Positions 25,491 through 39,430 of a stretch of DNA of 64,000 nt are shown piece after piece. Source of the stretch: Dipteris shenzhenensis (taxonomy: Eukaryota). The stretch is from NCBI GenBank assembly GCA_047967505.1, contig CM106538.1; one strand, written 5' to 3'. A program made the position numbers and the translations under genes. A model generated the notes under the pieces. That model did not search any database, was not told the origin of the DNA, and saw only the letters and a program-made list of their open reading frames with translations. Position 1 is the stretch's first letter; every line of letters starts with the position of its first letter.

Positions 25491-28400
25491 ATGGCAGACA
25501 TTCCTATGTTCTATGGATGGGTTGAAGAAAATCCAAGTGAGTATCTTGTGGCGTTCAAGTGCCATTGTGTTTCTCTCAACTTTCTTACTGAAGAAAGATG
25601 GCTGTCAGTTCTTCCCACATTTCTAGAGGGTTTGGCTCAAGTGTGGTATGAGAAGCAGGCTGAAGATGTTTGCCAAAGTTGGCCAAGGTTGATAGCAGCT
25701 ATGATTGAGTATTTCAGCAAAGAAGAGGAGCCAAAGAATGTGTACCTGCAGGTGGCAAACCTGAAGAAGTTAGAAGCGGAGACAACGCATCATTATGTGG
25801 ATCGAGCGACCGTGATCCTAGACTGTTTAATTGCCACGTAGAAGAACAATGCTGGATTTTGAGTTGGAATGACTCAACATGTGCTAGGCTACCTTGTAGC
25901 AGGAGCAAGTGACAAATTTTACCTCAAGCTTAATGGGAGAATCCAGAAACTATGGTGCTAGTACATGAGATTGCTCAAAGGTTTGATAAAGTTTAGTCTG
26001 ACCCTGCTTCAAAGAAGATGATTGTCCCTCCGCAACCCCCTCCACTCTGGCAACAACAACATGGGGGGTCCACCCTAGGGGCATACTCCCACCCCCCATT
26101 AGGGATGTATCCACCGGCTCCACCTCAAATGTATGGTCCTCCCTTAGATGCTTACCCTCAACAAGGTGTATATCCTCACCCTCCACCTAGAAGATTTCCC
26201 TAGCCTTGCCCATGAGCCCCCCTCCTTTCTACTGGACCCTCGGCCCCTCCAGCTAAAGAGACCCCTCCTACAAAAGAACTCGGAGTCAATGACCTAGCCA
26301 AGGCCCTGAATGATCTTTGGCTTGAGATGGTGGGCATCAAAAATCAAGCCAATCGCCCTCCAAGAGAATGAGCCAATGTTGTATGCTACGAGTGCCACCA
26401 AAAGGGTCATTATTGCACCAAATGTCCCAATATTCCAAGGGTGAATCTTCTAAGTGAATTAGGCTCTAAGGATTCTGATGTAGAGCTCCTTGACCTTGGG
26501 AAGAGAAGTCATACCACCTCGAACTCCTCTCCAAACCGTAGACTAGGCCGCCCCAGGAAGGTCTCCTTCTCAAAGCCCTCAGATGCTGAGATGGCAAACC
26601 CACATACAGAGAAGACTAAAAGATCTCGTAGGAGTAAGTGGTCGCCCTTGGATTTTCCCATCGACTCAGGGCAAGAGGACTATTCGGTCATTCAGGACCT
26701 TGCTCATCGGTCTTTGAGCATCACGCTCCCTCAACTAATAGCATTAAGCCCTAAGGTGAGACATGAGCTACAACAAGGGCTCTCAACAAGGAGCAGCAAG
26801 AAAAAGCGAAAGGTACAAGAGGTCTCTTCTATCTCTAAAGAAATTGATCGACACCCACATACAGTAGATGTCATCATAGATAATTGCCATGTCAAAAGAG
26901 TGTGTGTTGATGGGGGAGCTGCATGTAATATCATGGTGCCATGAATCATGAAGAAATTGAATTTGAAATGCACAAGGCATTCCTCCACTCGAATGAAGGT
27001 AGCAGATGGTCAACGACTCGCCACCCTGGGAGTCATTGAGGATTTTCCCATCACTATCAATGGGTGAACTACCACCGTCAATTTCGATGTACTGGACATC
27101 GAAGATACAGGCAGGAGTTACCCAGCCATACTCAGGAGACCATAGTTGAGAAAGAGTGATGCAGTCAGTTATTGGAAGACAAGGCACATGTCTTTTGGTG
27201 CTTCAAAGGAGAAGATCCCGATGCAACCAGGTGCCACGGAACCAGTAGAAGAAGAGGAGCAAGACAATGATACTCTCTCATCCTTGGTGTGTCTGAATCA
27301 ATGGAAGAATCAGATGAGGGGGAGGAATTCTTAGAGGAGGAAGTTTACATGATGGGGGTGTCTCTGACCTCGCTACCTATAGAAAAGGTAACAGCTAGTC
27401 CTCAATAGCTTGAATCCATGCTTTTCCTAGACCTCACTCCAAGTGAGAAAGACGAGTTCCTAGAAATGTTCAAAGATTTCCCTGGCCTCTTCGCAACTAG
27501 CTACTGCCACCTTCACCATGTGACTGCCATAGAGCACAAGATAGAGATGAAGCCTGATGCGAAGCCTATGGCTCATAAGTATCAGAGATTAGGGCTCCTA
27601 CAAACTGATGCTTTGCGCTCAAAGTTGCAGAAACTTGTAGAAGTTGGGTTTATTGTTCCAGTTCACAATACTGAATGGGTTTCACAATGGTAGTCATCCC
27701 AAAGAAAAATAACAAGTGGCAGGTCGGCATCGACTATAAGAAACTCAATGCAGCCACCAAGAGGGACCATCATCCTCTTCCCTTTCAAGACCTCATTCTT
27801 GAGAAGGTAAGTGGTCATGAGATGTATACTTTCTGTGATGGTTACTGCGGGTTTTATCAAATCAGAATTGGTGAAGAAGATGTGCTTAAAACCACATTTG
27901 CCACACCTAGGGGGACATTTGCATTCAAAGTAATGCCATTTGGCCTCACCAATGCTCCTGCTACCTTTCAAAGATTTATGTAGATGGTGTTTGCTCCTTA
28001 TTTGGGGTATTTATTGGAGGTGTTTTTAGATGATTTTTGTATATTCTCGTCATGTAAGGAGCATGTCATGAAGGTTGGGTTGGCCTTCCAAAGGGTCAAT
28101 GATGCGAATGGCAGTCCCAACTCTAAGAAATGCACCATTGGAGCCACTCAAGGGAGGTTACTAGGACATATTGTCTCATCCAAGGGCATGTAGAAGCTAT
28201 CCTCAGCTCTCCCCGCCAACAACCAAACATCAGGTACGCTCATTTGTCAATTTAGCAGGATACTATCGCTGCTTCATTGATCAATATGCTACTTTGACAT
28301 AGCCCATGACTATGCTATTGAAAGATGGGGTTGATTTCTCTTGGAATGAGGATTGTGATCATGGGTTTGCACAAATCAAGAATGCTCTGGCTTTAGAACC

Positions 28401-28586
28401 CATTCTATGCAATCCTGATTGGTCAAAGACTTTCTATATCAATCCTGGGTTTGGTGAGCACACTCTGGTGGGTATTATTCTCCAACAAGGGGAGGATCGG
28501 TTCATGTATCCTGTTCGATTTGCTTCTCGACAATTGCTTGAAACTGAACGATGCTACTCTGAGGCTGACAAGCACGCCTTGTCTTT
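25491..28586 (+). pseudogene. Gypsy gag, protease, RT and N-terminal RNase H
   Basis: Retrotrans_gag-like FLEGLAQVWYE; CYECHQKGHYCTKCP; VDGGAACNIM; IDYKKLNAATKRDHHPLP; MPFGLTNAPATFQR; FLDDF; PVRFASRQL. Confidence 0.92.
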
Positions 28587-29210
28587 CACAACAAGACAAA
28601 GCACCCATAGACGTGCGCACAGACGCATTTCATGAACTAAATAAAAAACTTACGGGCGTGTCTATTTGCGTGTCTGGAGACCCACGTCTAATTGCGCATC
28701 TATATATCAGACTTACACGCGTATAGACACGCAGTTAGATGCAAAGATAGACGTGCTTATAAACGCGTTTATAGACGCACATATAGATGCAAGTCGAATA
28801 GACAGACGCGAATATAAATGCATTTTTAAACGCACGGATAGATGCGCTTTTTTTTTATATTTTAAATTTTACAGAATACTGTGTATGTTGTGTATGCTAT
28901 ATATAGTTACAAGAATCCAATATCCACATTCTGTAATTCAATTCTTATAGCCAACCGCATTTTAATTACAATTCCAAATAAAATATTACAACTCCAAAAT
29001 GCAATAAAATTAAAAGCTCAAAAAGTGCTTGTATATACATATAGCACGAAGCTAAGCCACGTCATGTGGCTTCAAGTACAAAAAATAAGGAAGCTAAGCC
29101 ATGTCATGTGGCTTCAAGTACAAAAAATAAGAGGAGTCTATATACAAGAGGCATGAAGCCAAGCCAGTGGCTTTAAGTACAAAAAAGAGTAGGTAGCACT
29201 ACTTCTACGA

Positions 29211-30678
29211 CTAATCCTCGCTGCCTTCCACGCTCCCTTCTGTGCTTCCTTCTGCGCTCCCTTCTACGCCTCCTTCCTCGTCTTCCTCGTCGTCTTGTGC
29301 ATGGGCCTGTAAACAAGGGACAACATATATCAATGTATGAAAAATCAAATCTTTACTTATAATTTTGGCATTATTTAATTACTTTCAAATACCTGGGGGG
29401 CCGCTCCAGTAGCTCGGGTATACTGATCCTCAGTAATCAACCCATCATCATAGAAGTGCCTCCATGTATCTCCTCTGCGATGGTGGTGGTGGTAGGCTGT
29501 CTCCACTGGAGTAAGGTATCTGCCCACGATCTCAAGCTACATGACCGCGACACCCTTTGTGGAGGGATTAGTACAAAGAAACAACCAACCTCCTAATAAA
29601 CTACATAAGCAATATAATTTGAGATCGATACTTACAAATTGGGCCTCCCATGATTCAACACCCCCTGCTCCAAAATGCGCGCTTCCATATTCCTCCATCT
29701 GGATCCTCCGTGCCTCCATGTGCTGCAGACTGGGGTCCTCCCTCGCTGACTTCATTGCCTTCTTCCACTCACGCTTGTGAGCGGTGTGGGGCGGGCCCCT
29801 TGGTGGTTGACCTGCCTCAAGCCTGGCAAGCTCCGCTAGTGCCTGCCTCTTAAGCGAAGATCTTTTATTGCTAAGTATCGTAACAATCTTTGACTTCCCC
29901 CATTTATCTGTGAACTGGCGATTGGGGGGGTTAGGATACCTAGAGCGAACAGTATCCAGGGTCTCATTAGCCAACCTCTTTGGGTGGTCTTTATAGTGGA
30001 TAAAGCAATCTCTGTAATTGTTAGCAATTACAGAGCGCATGAAGGCCATGATGTCCTTCACCCGTGCATCCATCAAGATGCCTCCTGCCTGAGTGATGTC
30101 ATAATAAATCATACCATCACCCAGAGGCACATCTAAATCATCTGAATCATCATCCTTCTCACTGCCACATGGCCCAAAGCATTGTGCCATGCATCCCCCA
30201 CCGCTCTCCCTACTACTACACCTGCTACCCTGTCGTGTCGAGCTCGTACGCTGGCCACTCGTAGCTAGGGACTGCACGGGACTATGCTGACCACTCGTAG
30301 CTAGAGAACTGAGTCTCGACGGCTGGGGAGTACGTCGATGGCTCGCCGAGACAGACGGACCTCCTGACTTCATGGGGGAAGGGGCATAAGACGGGATGGC
30401 AGAAGGGACATAAGACGGCATGGGGGAAGGGGCATAAGATGGTACGGGGGAAGGGGCATAAGAAGGGGCATAAGCACCTGTGCTGACTCTGCTGGGGTGA
30501 TCTCAGGCAGTGTGGGGTGGCTTGGAGTCTATAGTGCCGACTTCTGGGGAGTGTTAAGAGTACCCGTCATATACCCGTATAACTCCGCAGGACTAGGAGG
30601 GTGCCCTAAAAGGTTATATATGTCCTTCCAAATAGATTCCCAGGGATCAGGTGAGCTAGAAGCGCTTCCTGGCCACAT
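29211..30678 (-). pseudogene. CACTA second gene (TnpA/Transposase_24-like), 3 coding exons
   Basis: Predicted exons 30678-29636, 29536-29393 and 29306-29211 with GT-AG introns. S/P-rich N-terminus with a stop/frameshift, core RYPNPPNRQF..HFGAGG, acidic tail. Homologous to 42775-44300(-). Confidence 0.75.
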
Positions 30679-31208
30679 GTTGAACTGGAAAAAAGGAAAA
30701 AAATCTATTACTGATGAGCTGAGAAGAAAGGGGAAGAAAAGAGAGGCTTACTGTTAGAGCGCGTCTATAGACCCGTCTGATTTGCGCGTCTATAGACACA
30801 TCTAATAGAGCATCTAACAGAGCATTTAACAGAGCGTCTAACAGAGCATTTAATAGTGCATCCAACAAAGCGTCTAATAGAGCATCTATAGATGCATCTG
30901 TGTGTGTCTGCAACAAGCCAAACACGTGGTTAGACGTGCCTGTAGACACGCTTTTAGAGGCGCCCTGAGACGCGCCTATAGACGTGCTCCGACTGACGAG
31001 ATTTCTAAAAAGTCGAAAAGGACATTGCGCCCGACACAAAAACGTGACACTCATACCTAGATCCTGCGCTTCCTAGATACGAGAAAGTACAAAACTGGAG
31101 AGAGCAAACTTCCAAACAAGATCAACTGCAAAAAGACTTACTTGGATAAAGGTATGGAAGGTTCTTCTTTCTTTTCCAAACTTGCTTCGTCTCCTTGTTC
31201 GTCCTCCT

Positions 31209-31454
31209 CTCAGGGGGGTCACTCATCATATGTAACCCTATCACGTGAGTTCAACAGAAGGATATTTTTTATTTCTAAAATTTACAGAAATAAATATACA
31301 TAAGGGACTATTTTAAATAGTTTTGGAAAAAATTTATAGATTTGTATAGAAAAGGGGTACATTTTATTAATGAAAAATTCACAGATAAGGGATTTTAGAA
31401 ATATGCCTTGAACGCACGTGGTATAGAGGGTTTATACATAGTGACCCCCCCGAG
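31209..31454. mobile_element. MITE copy 2
   Basis: Same TIRs and body as copy 1; perfect TSD GTCCTCCT (31201-31208, 31455-31462). Confidence 0.95.
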
Positions 31455-31842
31455 GTCCTCCTCTCCTTTAAGCTTAGAAGTAAGTGTATGTACGGTCCCT
31501 TTCTCTTGAGTGAAAGCTTGGAAGTAAGTATGGGAGGCTCTCTCTTAAGCTTCGAATCTATGGTTCTGCTAATAAAGAAGGAAGGAAGCCGTGCACGAAG
31601 TTTAAGTAATGTAAAGAAAAGCAAAGCGAGCGGCATGCCGAAAAGTAGGTTTAAAAGCCATGTCTATAGTCGCATCTACTAGCGCGTTTATAGGCGCGTC
31701 TAAATACACAGAGTAGACGTGCATTTAGACGTGCTGTTAGACGCGATGTTAGATGCGACTATAGACGTGGTGATAGACACAACACAGAGTTTAAATAAAA
31801 CATTTGAAGAAGAGCAAATTTGGTGGGTTGTTTGTTTGTAGG

Positions 31843-34800
31843 ATGTCTCCATCTTCAACAAGTAGCTCCAGTGAGGATGAATCCCTCCGTATCCACCATC
31901 GCAAAATGTGGTTGGAGCAAAAAATCAAATGTCTGTGTGATCGATGTCGAGGAAACATGTATCGTGCACGTAGGATTACACTCAATCGTATCTCAAAGTA
32001 TGGAGAATGGGATGTGACCGTAAACAGGGTAAGGGTTTGTAAGTTAAGGTTAATTGAGATACCTATGGGTGTTCATATGTTTGAGTTATGATCCCGTTTT
32101 AGTTTGATACAGGATGCAGTGCCACACCCGCACATGTTACCCTATGCCCGTCATGAGGAGGCAAAGCATCGGCGATATGAGGTGGGATCTTCAGGAGGGA
32201 CTGTTACGGATGCATGGAGTGATGGTGATAGTAGCCCTCTGCCATTATCTCATGAAGCCGTGGAGGAGGAGGTGTTTGATGATATGGTGTGGGATTTATA
32301 TGTCCATCAAGGGAGGGATAATAGCATGGAGCAGGATGATCTTTTTACCGCAGCATTGACTCCACTGTTTGAGGGGTGCACATTCTCTATTCTACGTGCC
32401 TCCCTTGAGTTACTAAACTTGCAAACCATCTATGGATGGAGCAATTCAAGTTTGAATGCATTACTCAAGTAAGCTTTAAAGTCGATTTTGCAAACATGGT
32501 GAATTATGCTAGTGGGTCAATTACTCGAATGCTTTTCCTCATTTATGGTCTTCACGTGCAGGCTATTGTGTAAAATGCTTCCAAGGGAGAATAAATTACC
32601 GACCTCAAGAGATATGGCAAGGCAACATGTGACCTCTCTTGGAGGATTAGATTACAAGCGCATCCATGCATGTGTCAACGATTGCGTTTTGTTTTGTGGA
32701 CTACATAAGGATGCAAGAGAGTGTCCTACTTGTGGAGAGGCAAGATATAGAGCAGATCTCAAAACCTTGGACGTGCCTCGTAAGGTATTGCGACATTTTC
32801 CCATAATCCCTCGCATCCAACATATGTTCAAGTGCAAATCTATTGCAGAGCTCATGTCATGGCATTCCTCCCATCGATCAACTGATGGCAAGTGGAGAAC
32901 TCCCGCAGACTCTCTTGCGTGGAAGCATATTGAAGACACATGGCCAAGCTTCAAGGAAGAACCTAGGAGCTTGAGACTTGGATTGGGTATGGACGGTGTG
33001 AACCCATTTGGTCTCAAAAGCACGTCTTACAGTGTATGGCCAGTGGTATTGGTAAATTACAATCTTCCACCCTCTATGGCTATTAAGAAAGGACATGTCA
33101 TGCTGTCCGTTCTAATTCCAGGGAAACATAAATTCAAAAACCCTAATGTTTATTTGGAGCCTTTGATTGATGTGCTAGAGATACTTTGGAGAGGTATCGA
33201 GGTGCATGATGTGAGCAGGCCTCCCTCTCATGAGACATCAACTGCAAAGCAGTCTTGATGTGGATGATGCATGACTTCCCAGGCTATGGCAAGTGTTCAG
33301 GTAAGCATTGCATTTTTTAATTATGAATAGGCAAAGGACGTGGCACCCTAAACCCACCTTCCACTCTTAATTGCATCTATTGTTTAGGTCTCACTACATC
33401 GGGTTACCATGCATGTCCTGTTTGTGGTCCTTCGCTAGTTGCCTCACGGGCAGACGCATTGAATAAGGTCATCTATGAGAATCACCATCGATTTCTCCCA
33501 CCTAATCATCCTAGGTATGTTGCCCCTTGGAATGAAGTCCTCCCACAATCACTCACCGCGAGAGATTGGATGAGAATTTGGGACGGTTCCATGACGACTC
33601 CACCACTTGGCATGAGCCGGTAAGGGTTTGTAACTATTGGCTGGAAGTAAAGATTGGCTATATTGGTTGAAAGTAAAGATTGCACGCTAACACTTTATTT
33701 TGTTTAGATACTCCATCTTTTATCGTTTACCATATTTGTCCCACCTCAAGATCAATCACCTGCTTGATCCCATGCATATCTTCAAGAATGTGGCATCTAC
33801 CATTTGGGAGCATTTGAATGGGACACGAGATTCGGCAGGCATAAGGGAGGATCTACGTACCATAGGGAGGATGCGTGAAGCTTGGCCTCAAGAGAGACCA
33901 AATGGGCGTGTTTTTTTACCTCGTGCACCGTGGATGTTATCAAAGCTAGAGATGGCGACAATGAACCGTGCTATTACTACAATTTGTACTCCCACTGGAT
34001 GCATGAGGTGTTTGAAGGGAGCCTTTACAAAGAGCAAGAAAAGAGGTGTAGAGCAATTATATGGCTTGAAATCTCAGGATTGGCACAAGTTGCTCCAAGT
34101 AAATATTTTATATGCATAATATCTTTTTCCTTTCAAATTTGTGAGTGAATAGCTATAAGCAACTAATCAACCACCTCCTCGCGGGTTCAGTTCATACTAC
34201 CTACTAGCATTTCACGTAGTGCATCAAAGGACGTGAAAGATTGTATTTACAAGATGGGCGAGCTTGTGAGGTATGTGAGCTTAAAGGAAATAGATCCCAC
34301 CACGCTTGAGAATGCTCGCGTTATGTCAGTGGAGGCGGTTTGTTTAGTGGAGGAGACATTTCCACATTCTATTCTCACAAGCCAACTACATCTCATAGTA
34401 CCTTTGGTGGATGAGATTGCTATATGCGGTACTATACATGCACGATGGTTGTTCTTCCTCGAGCGCTTCATGAAGACCTTGAAGGGCTTCGTGAGACAAA
34501 ATGCAAGACCCGAAGGTAGCATGGCCGAGGGTTGGTTGGTACAAGAGTCACTTGTATATATTTCTGAGTTTCTTGTCGATGTGGATAGCTCTCTCCCACG
34601 ACTATGGAGAGATGATGAAGACCTAAGGATGACCTCTATTGTGCCTCAAGGAAAAGGACGCAACAAAGTAATAGACACGGAGTTGCATAATAGTATCAAC
34701 CTCTTTTGCGTGCTTAATAGTGATGTGATGAAAAGATGGGTGACAAGATACGAGGATGCAAAGGCAAGAAGACAAGAAGAAAGGGCCCTCTTTCGTACAC

Positions 34801-35819
34801 GCCACGGATCTCGTGTGCCATACCCTCAGCATCTAAGAGCACTTCCAAAGGATATTCATGTGGATTGGCTACTTGATGAAATGGAGAAAGCAGAGAAAGA
34901 CGAGGGGATGCATATCACAATGGAAGAATGGGAGTATGCTAGGGGATGCATGAGCAAGGTCGGTATATAGAATGTTATGCATAAGTTAGGAGCTTTTTAT
35001 AATTTAGATTGCTTATTTAATTGATTTTTTCTTGGTGTAGTGCACTATGTTCAATGCTATATGGTGTGAGGGCAAGCATTTTCGAACACAACGGATTGAT
35101 GATAAGAGAAACACACAAGATTGTGGCGTCATTGCTAGCTTTGAGGGAGCCAATGGAGCCATGGATGATTATTGTGGCATAATCCAAGATATCATTATGC
35201 TTGACTTTCGACGCTTCTTTGTGTATGTTTTGGACGTAAAGTGGTTTAAGGACGTGGTGGAAAGAGGCCCTAATGCAACAATCAAACACCATGCAAGTGG
35301 CTTTGTAACTATTGACTCCACAAAGTTTTGGCAAAGTAGGAAGGACACACTAGTACTACCGCAACAATGTGAACAGGTATTGTGCACACACATAAAAATA
35401 CTCGCTTTTAAATATTTGATGCAAGAAAAGTAACATGATTGTATTTGTGTTTGAATTAGGTTGTCTATCAACCAATGGTGGATAATAATAGATGGTGGCT
35501 TGTCATACCTATTATGCCACGTTCCAAAGTGATGTATAGTACATTTACTAATATGGAGCATATGGAGGATGATCATGGCCATGGACATGATGATGACCGT
35601 GATACAAGAGAGGAGGATGATCATGAGATAGGAGATATAGATATTGAGGCCATTACCCGTGAGGACGAGCCTACCATTGGAGATGCTGATTTCGATGAGC
35701 ACATGAGTGGCACAAGTAGTAGTGGGTTGAATGTATTTGTAGATCTAAACACTTGTTTGGATTTTGAAGTAGATAGTTTGGCAAGGGTTGATCTCATTGA
35801 GGATGAGATTGAACCGTAG
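31843..35819 (+). pseudogene. CACTA transposase (TnpD/Tnp2-like), multi-exon, at least one frameshift near 33235
   Basis: CLCDRC, IHACVNDCVLF..CPTCGEARY, LGLGMDGVNPF, NYNLPP, HDFPGYG, HLLDPMHIFKN, GLKSQDWH, FFLERFMKTLKGFVRQNARPEGSMAEGW, DYCGIIQDI; GT-AG introns. Confidence 0.93.
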
Positions 35820-36277
35820 CCCCACGATTGTATTTGGAAAAACTATTTTACATATTGTCTCATTCTCCTCATCTCACTTAATTCTTGTATATGTGGGCTT
35901 GCAAAAAATTATGTGCTTTGGTAATCATGGGCAATGTTTGGAAAGCAATGATGTACACCAAAATCTCACTTTCTGTATTCTCTGGAGCGCGTCTATTTAC
36001 GCGTCTAAATGCACGTCTGATTCTCAGTGTAAATGCGCAAATAAATGCCCTAATACATGCGCAAATAGACGTGCTAATAAACGGGATGTTAGATGGGCCC
36101 GTAGTTTCTCAGGTCAGACGCACAAATAGACGCAGTGATTTACGCGCAAATAGACGAGCTTTTAAATGTGCATGTAGACGCGCCCGTAATTTCTCTACTA
36201 AAGCAATGCCTATAGACGTGCCCGCTATTTTGCGCATCTACCAAGCACGTCTATAGTTGCTTTGTGTTGTTGTGTTT

Positions 36278-38040
36278 GGTGACATTGAGAAATTTAACCA
36301 TTATGTGGCTGGAAAGTCCTTCATTATAATCTCTAGCAATGGTCTTGCAAAGCAGGTTCTTCAATCACCAAATCCCATGGGCTGGTTGGCCAAATGGTTG
36401 GTAGTTCTATAAGAATATGATTTTTCTTTCAAAATTATAAAAGGGGGTTGTTCCAACTTGAATAATGCTTTTATTGATTTAGAGGAGTGCCTCGATGTAA
36501 CCCTTGTAGCGGCCATAGAAGTTAGGGATCTATGGTATGGTGGTATCTACAAGTTTCTGACTACTTTCTCCTTTCCTCCAAAAAGTACTAGCTATGAGAG
36601 AAAGAAGATTCATAGAGATAGTAGGCGCTACACCCTCCTTGATGGGGTGTTGTACCATCAAGGCATGGATGGGGTACTAAGATGGGCCATTGATGCAGAT
36701 GAAGTGCCTAAGGTATTGAAGCATTATCATGATGGATTTTGTGGAGGCCACTATGCCAGTGACTATACAGCTAAGAAGATTTTACATGCTGGGTACTATT
36801 GGCCGACTTTGTTCAAGGATGTCACTATGCATTACAAAACTTGTGAACCATGCTAATTCTTTGGTAGGAATGATTTGCATCCTGGGCAACATCACCCAGT
36901 GATGTCGATCCATTTGTTTTAGAAGTGGGGAATAGATTTTGTCGGGCCCCTGCCCATGACTGCCCGCAAAAAGAAGTATCTTTTGGTAGCCACTTAGTAT
37001 GTCACTAAGTGGGTTGAAGCTAGCACCCTCCCCACAGCAAATGGTAAGGTAGTTTCAAATTTCATATTTGAACATATATGCACAAGGTTTGGGACACCCA
37101 TGGAAATAGTATCTGACAATGGGAGTCCATTCTTAAATGAAGTAGTGGAGTTACTCATGGATCGCATGGGTATTGATCATCACACTTCTAGCATCTATTA
37201 TCTAGCATCCATGGGCCAAACGGAGCGGACCAATGGCCTCATTTGTAAAACCATGGGAAAAATGGCTACAAGGAATAGGAGCCAGTGGGATCAGAAGGTC
37301 ACAGAAGCCGTATGGGCTTACAACATCACTCATAAAACGTCTATAGGTCACACTCCTTTTGAGTTGGTGTATGGTACTGAGGCCGTTTTACCACTAGAGA
37401 TAGAGATTCCAGCCTTGAGATCTCGGGGGGGTCACTCATCATATGTAACCCTATCACGTGAGTTCAACAGAAAGATTTTTGTTATTTCTAAAACTTACAG
37501 AAATAAATATACATAAGGGACTATTTAAAATAGTTTGGGAAAAAATTTACAGATTTGTATAGAAAAGGGGTACATTTTATTAATGAAATTTTTTACAGAT
37601 AAGGGACTTTAAATATAGGCCTTGAACGCACGTGATATAGAGGGTTTATACATAGTGACCCCCCTGAGCTTGAGATTGGCACAAGATAGAGGATGACAGA
37701 AAATGAACATGTAGAGGCCAAATTGGCACAACTTGAGAAGCTAGATGAAACCCGATGCCTTGCACTACATCAAACAGAGATCCAAAAGAATCCACAAAAG
37801 GCCCGCTTGGATGCTAAGATTCGCAAGGGATGGGAAAGACACTTTGCTGAGGGGGATGTTATGCTATGCTTTGATAATAGATTGGACTACCAAATGGATA
37901 AGAAGTTTCTACCACTATGGACCGGTCCATACAAAGTAATCAAGGAATGTAGCAATGGGTCTGTACAAGTTCAGGAGCTACATGAACCATATGGCAAGAA
38001 GGTGATCAACAAGCATTATCTCAAGCCCTTCTTTGTGTGT
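36278..38040 (+). pseudogene. Gypsy RNase H C-terminus and integrase
   Basis: KFNHYVAG, LAKWLV, HDGFCGGHY..GYYWPTLFKD..CEPC, WGIDFVGPLP, IVSDNGSPF, GQTERTN, TPFELVYGTEAVLPLEI, WTGPYKV. Confidence 0.92.
37422..37668. mobile_element. MITE copy 3
   Basis: Same TIRs and body; perfect TSD CTTGAGAT (37414-37421, 37669-37676). Confidence 0.95.
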
Positions 38041-38304
38041 GATGGTCCCAGGCATGGAAATGTTGTGCATTCCCTGCCTGGGGGGGAATTGTTATGGATA
38101 AATTTGACCAAAGTAAAAAGGCATAAATATGAGTGTATAGTTGTATGTGTGGCAATAGTATAATAAAATATGGAGTGCATAGGGCCTAGGGTTGAGGTGG
38201 CAGGGCATGACCATGTGCCACCCTTCCATGTAAGAGGACCCATAAGGTGTGTTGTATGTAATCCATGGTAGCAATATTATAAAATTGGATATGGGAGACG
38301 AGAG

Positions 38305-38359
<55 letters not shown>

Positions 38360-38369
38360 CGGAGATAGA

Positions 38370-38405
<36 letters not shown>

Positions 38406-38600
38406 CGTACGAGAGAGAGAGAGAGAGAGAGAGAAAAGAGAAAGAGAGGGAGAGGGGAGACGAGAGAGAGAGGGGAGACGAGAGAGAGAGAGAGAGAGAG
38501 AGACACACACACACACACACAAAAATCTAGGGAGGGAAGGAGGGAGCGAGAGAGAGTACGAGAGAGAGGGAGAGAGTGAGAATGAAAGAGAGAGAAATTC
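38305..38600. repeat. (GA)n / (CA)n compound microsatellite
   Basis: Direct reading. Confidence 0.95.
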
Positions 38601-39430
38601 TTACCAATGAGGAGAAGAAAAGAGTGCGCGAGATGATCGAGGAGGGATGGAGGAGAGATGTTTTGATGGAGGGATGTGGGAGCTACGATCAATAAGGGAT
38701 ATTAGAGGAGATATAGTGAAGGAGATTAGAGACGACAATGATATAATAGGAGTAGAGGCGATGATCAAGGAAGGAGATTAGAGGCTACTAAAGAGAAGAT
38801 AGGAATGAATAAATGTATACGTGTGGAAACTTGAAAACAAAACTATGTACCTTGGTGTGTGATTTAGTCAAAACTTAAACAAACAAAACTATGAACCTTG
38901 GTGTGTGAAAAGACAAATGTGTGGAAACTTGAAAAGTGTGTGAAAAGACAAACTTGTAAAACTTGAATTTTAAATTTTTTACCTTTTTTTTAATTTAAAA
39001 TGAGTTTCACTTACATTTTCAATTTACTAGTTTAATTTCTCAATTGTAACTTATGGAATATAGTAGAAAAAAATGTATTTTGTGTTGGAATATAGAAAGT
39101 ACAATTTCAAATTTCTCACCTTTTTGAAAATTATAAATTAGTTTAGCTTACATTTTCAATACATTAGTTTAATTTATCTCCTTTTAGGGAGAATTAATAT
39201 TTTCTTCTACATAAATTTTGAATTCTTTATTTTAAGCCTTATTTTCTAAATTTTTATATTTTTCCATAAAGTTAAATTTCAATTTATTTAAATTTTGAAT
39301 TTTTTGATTCAAACTAATAAGAATTTAGAGTTTAGATTAATAAGAATTTACTTTGTCAAAAATTAAACTTCTTACTAATGTGAATTTTAAATTCTTATTA
39401 GTTTTAAGTGAAATTAATTTGAATTAAAAA

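Larger units (their letters stand above)
28587..36274 (+). mobile_element. Complete CACTA/En-Spm superfamily transposon with CACAA termini (7688 bp)
   Basis: 30-bp TIR CACAACAAGACAAAGCACCCATAGACGTGC versus right end reverse complement CACAACAACACAAAGCAACTATAGACGTGC. 3-bp TSD TTT. Subterminal TAGACG(C/T)G repeats. It splits the Gypsy RH domain. Confidence 0.95.
25491..38300 (+). mobile_element. Ty3/Gypsy non-chromovirus (Athila/Tat-like) element, interrupted by a CACTA element and a MITE
   Basis: Domain order gag, CCHC, PR, RT, RH, IN; PPT GGGGGGGAAT at ~38080-38089 and a probable 3' LTR start TGTTATGG at 38090; 5' LTR absent. Confidence 0.88.

Noticed and set aside
38092-38692. SL/ER-repeat ORFs, and similar M/H/K/L-rich ORFs at 49754-51996
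   Set aside because: Translations of microsatellite and simple-repeat sequence.
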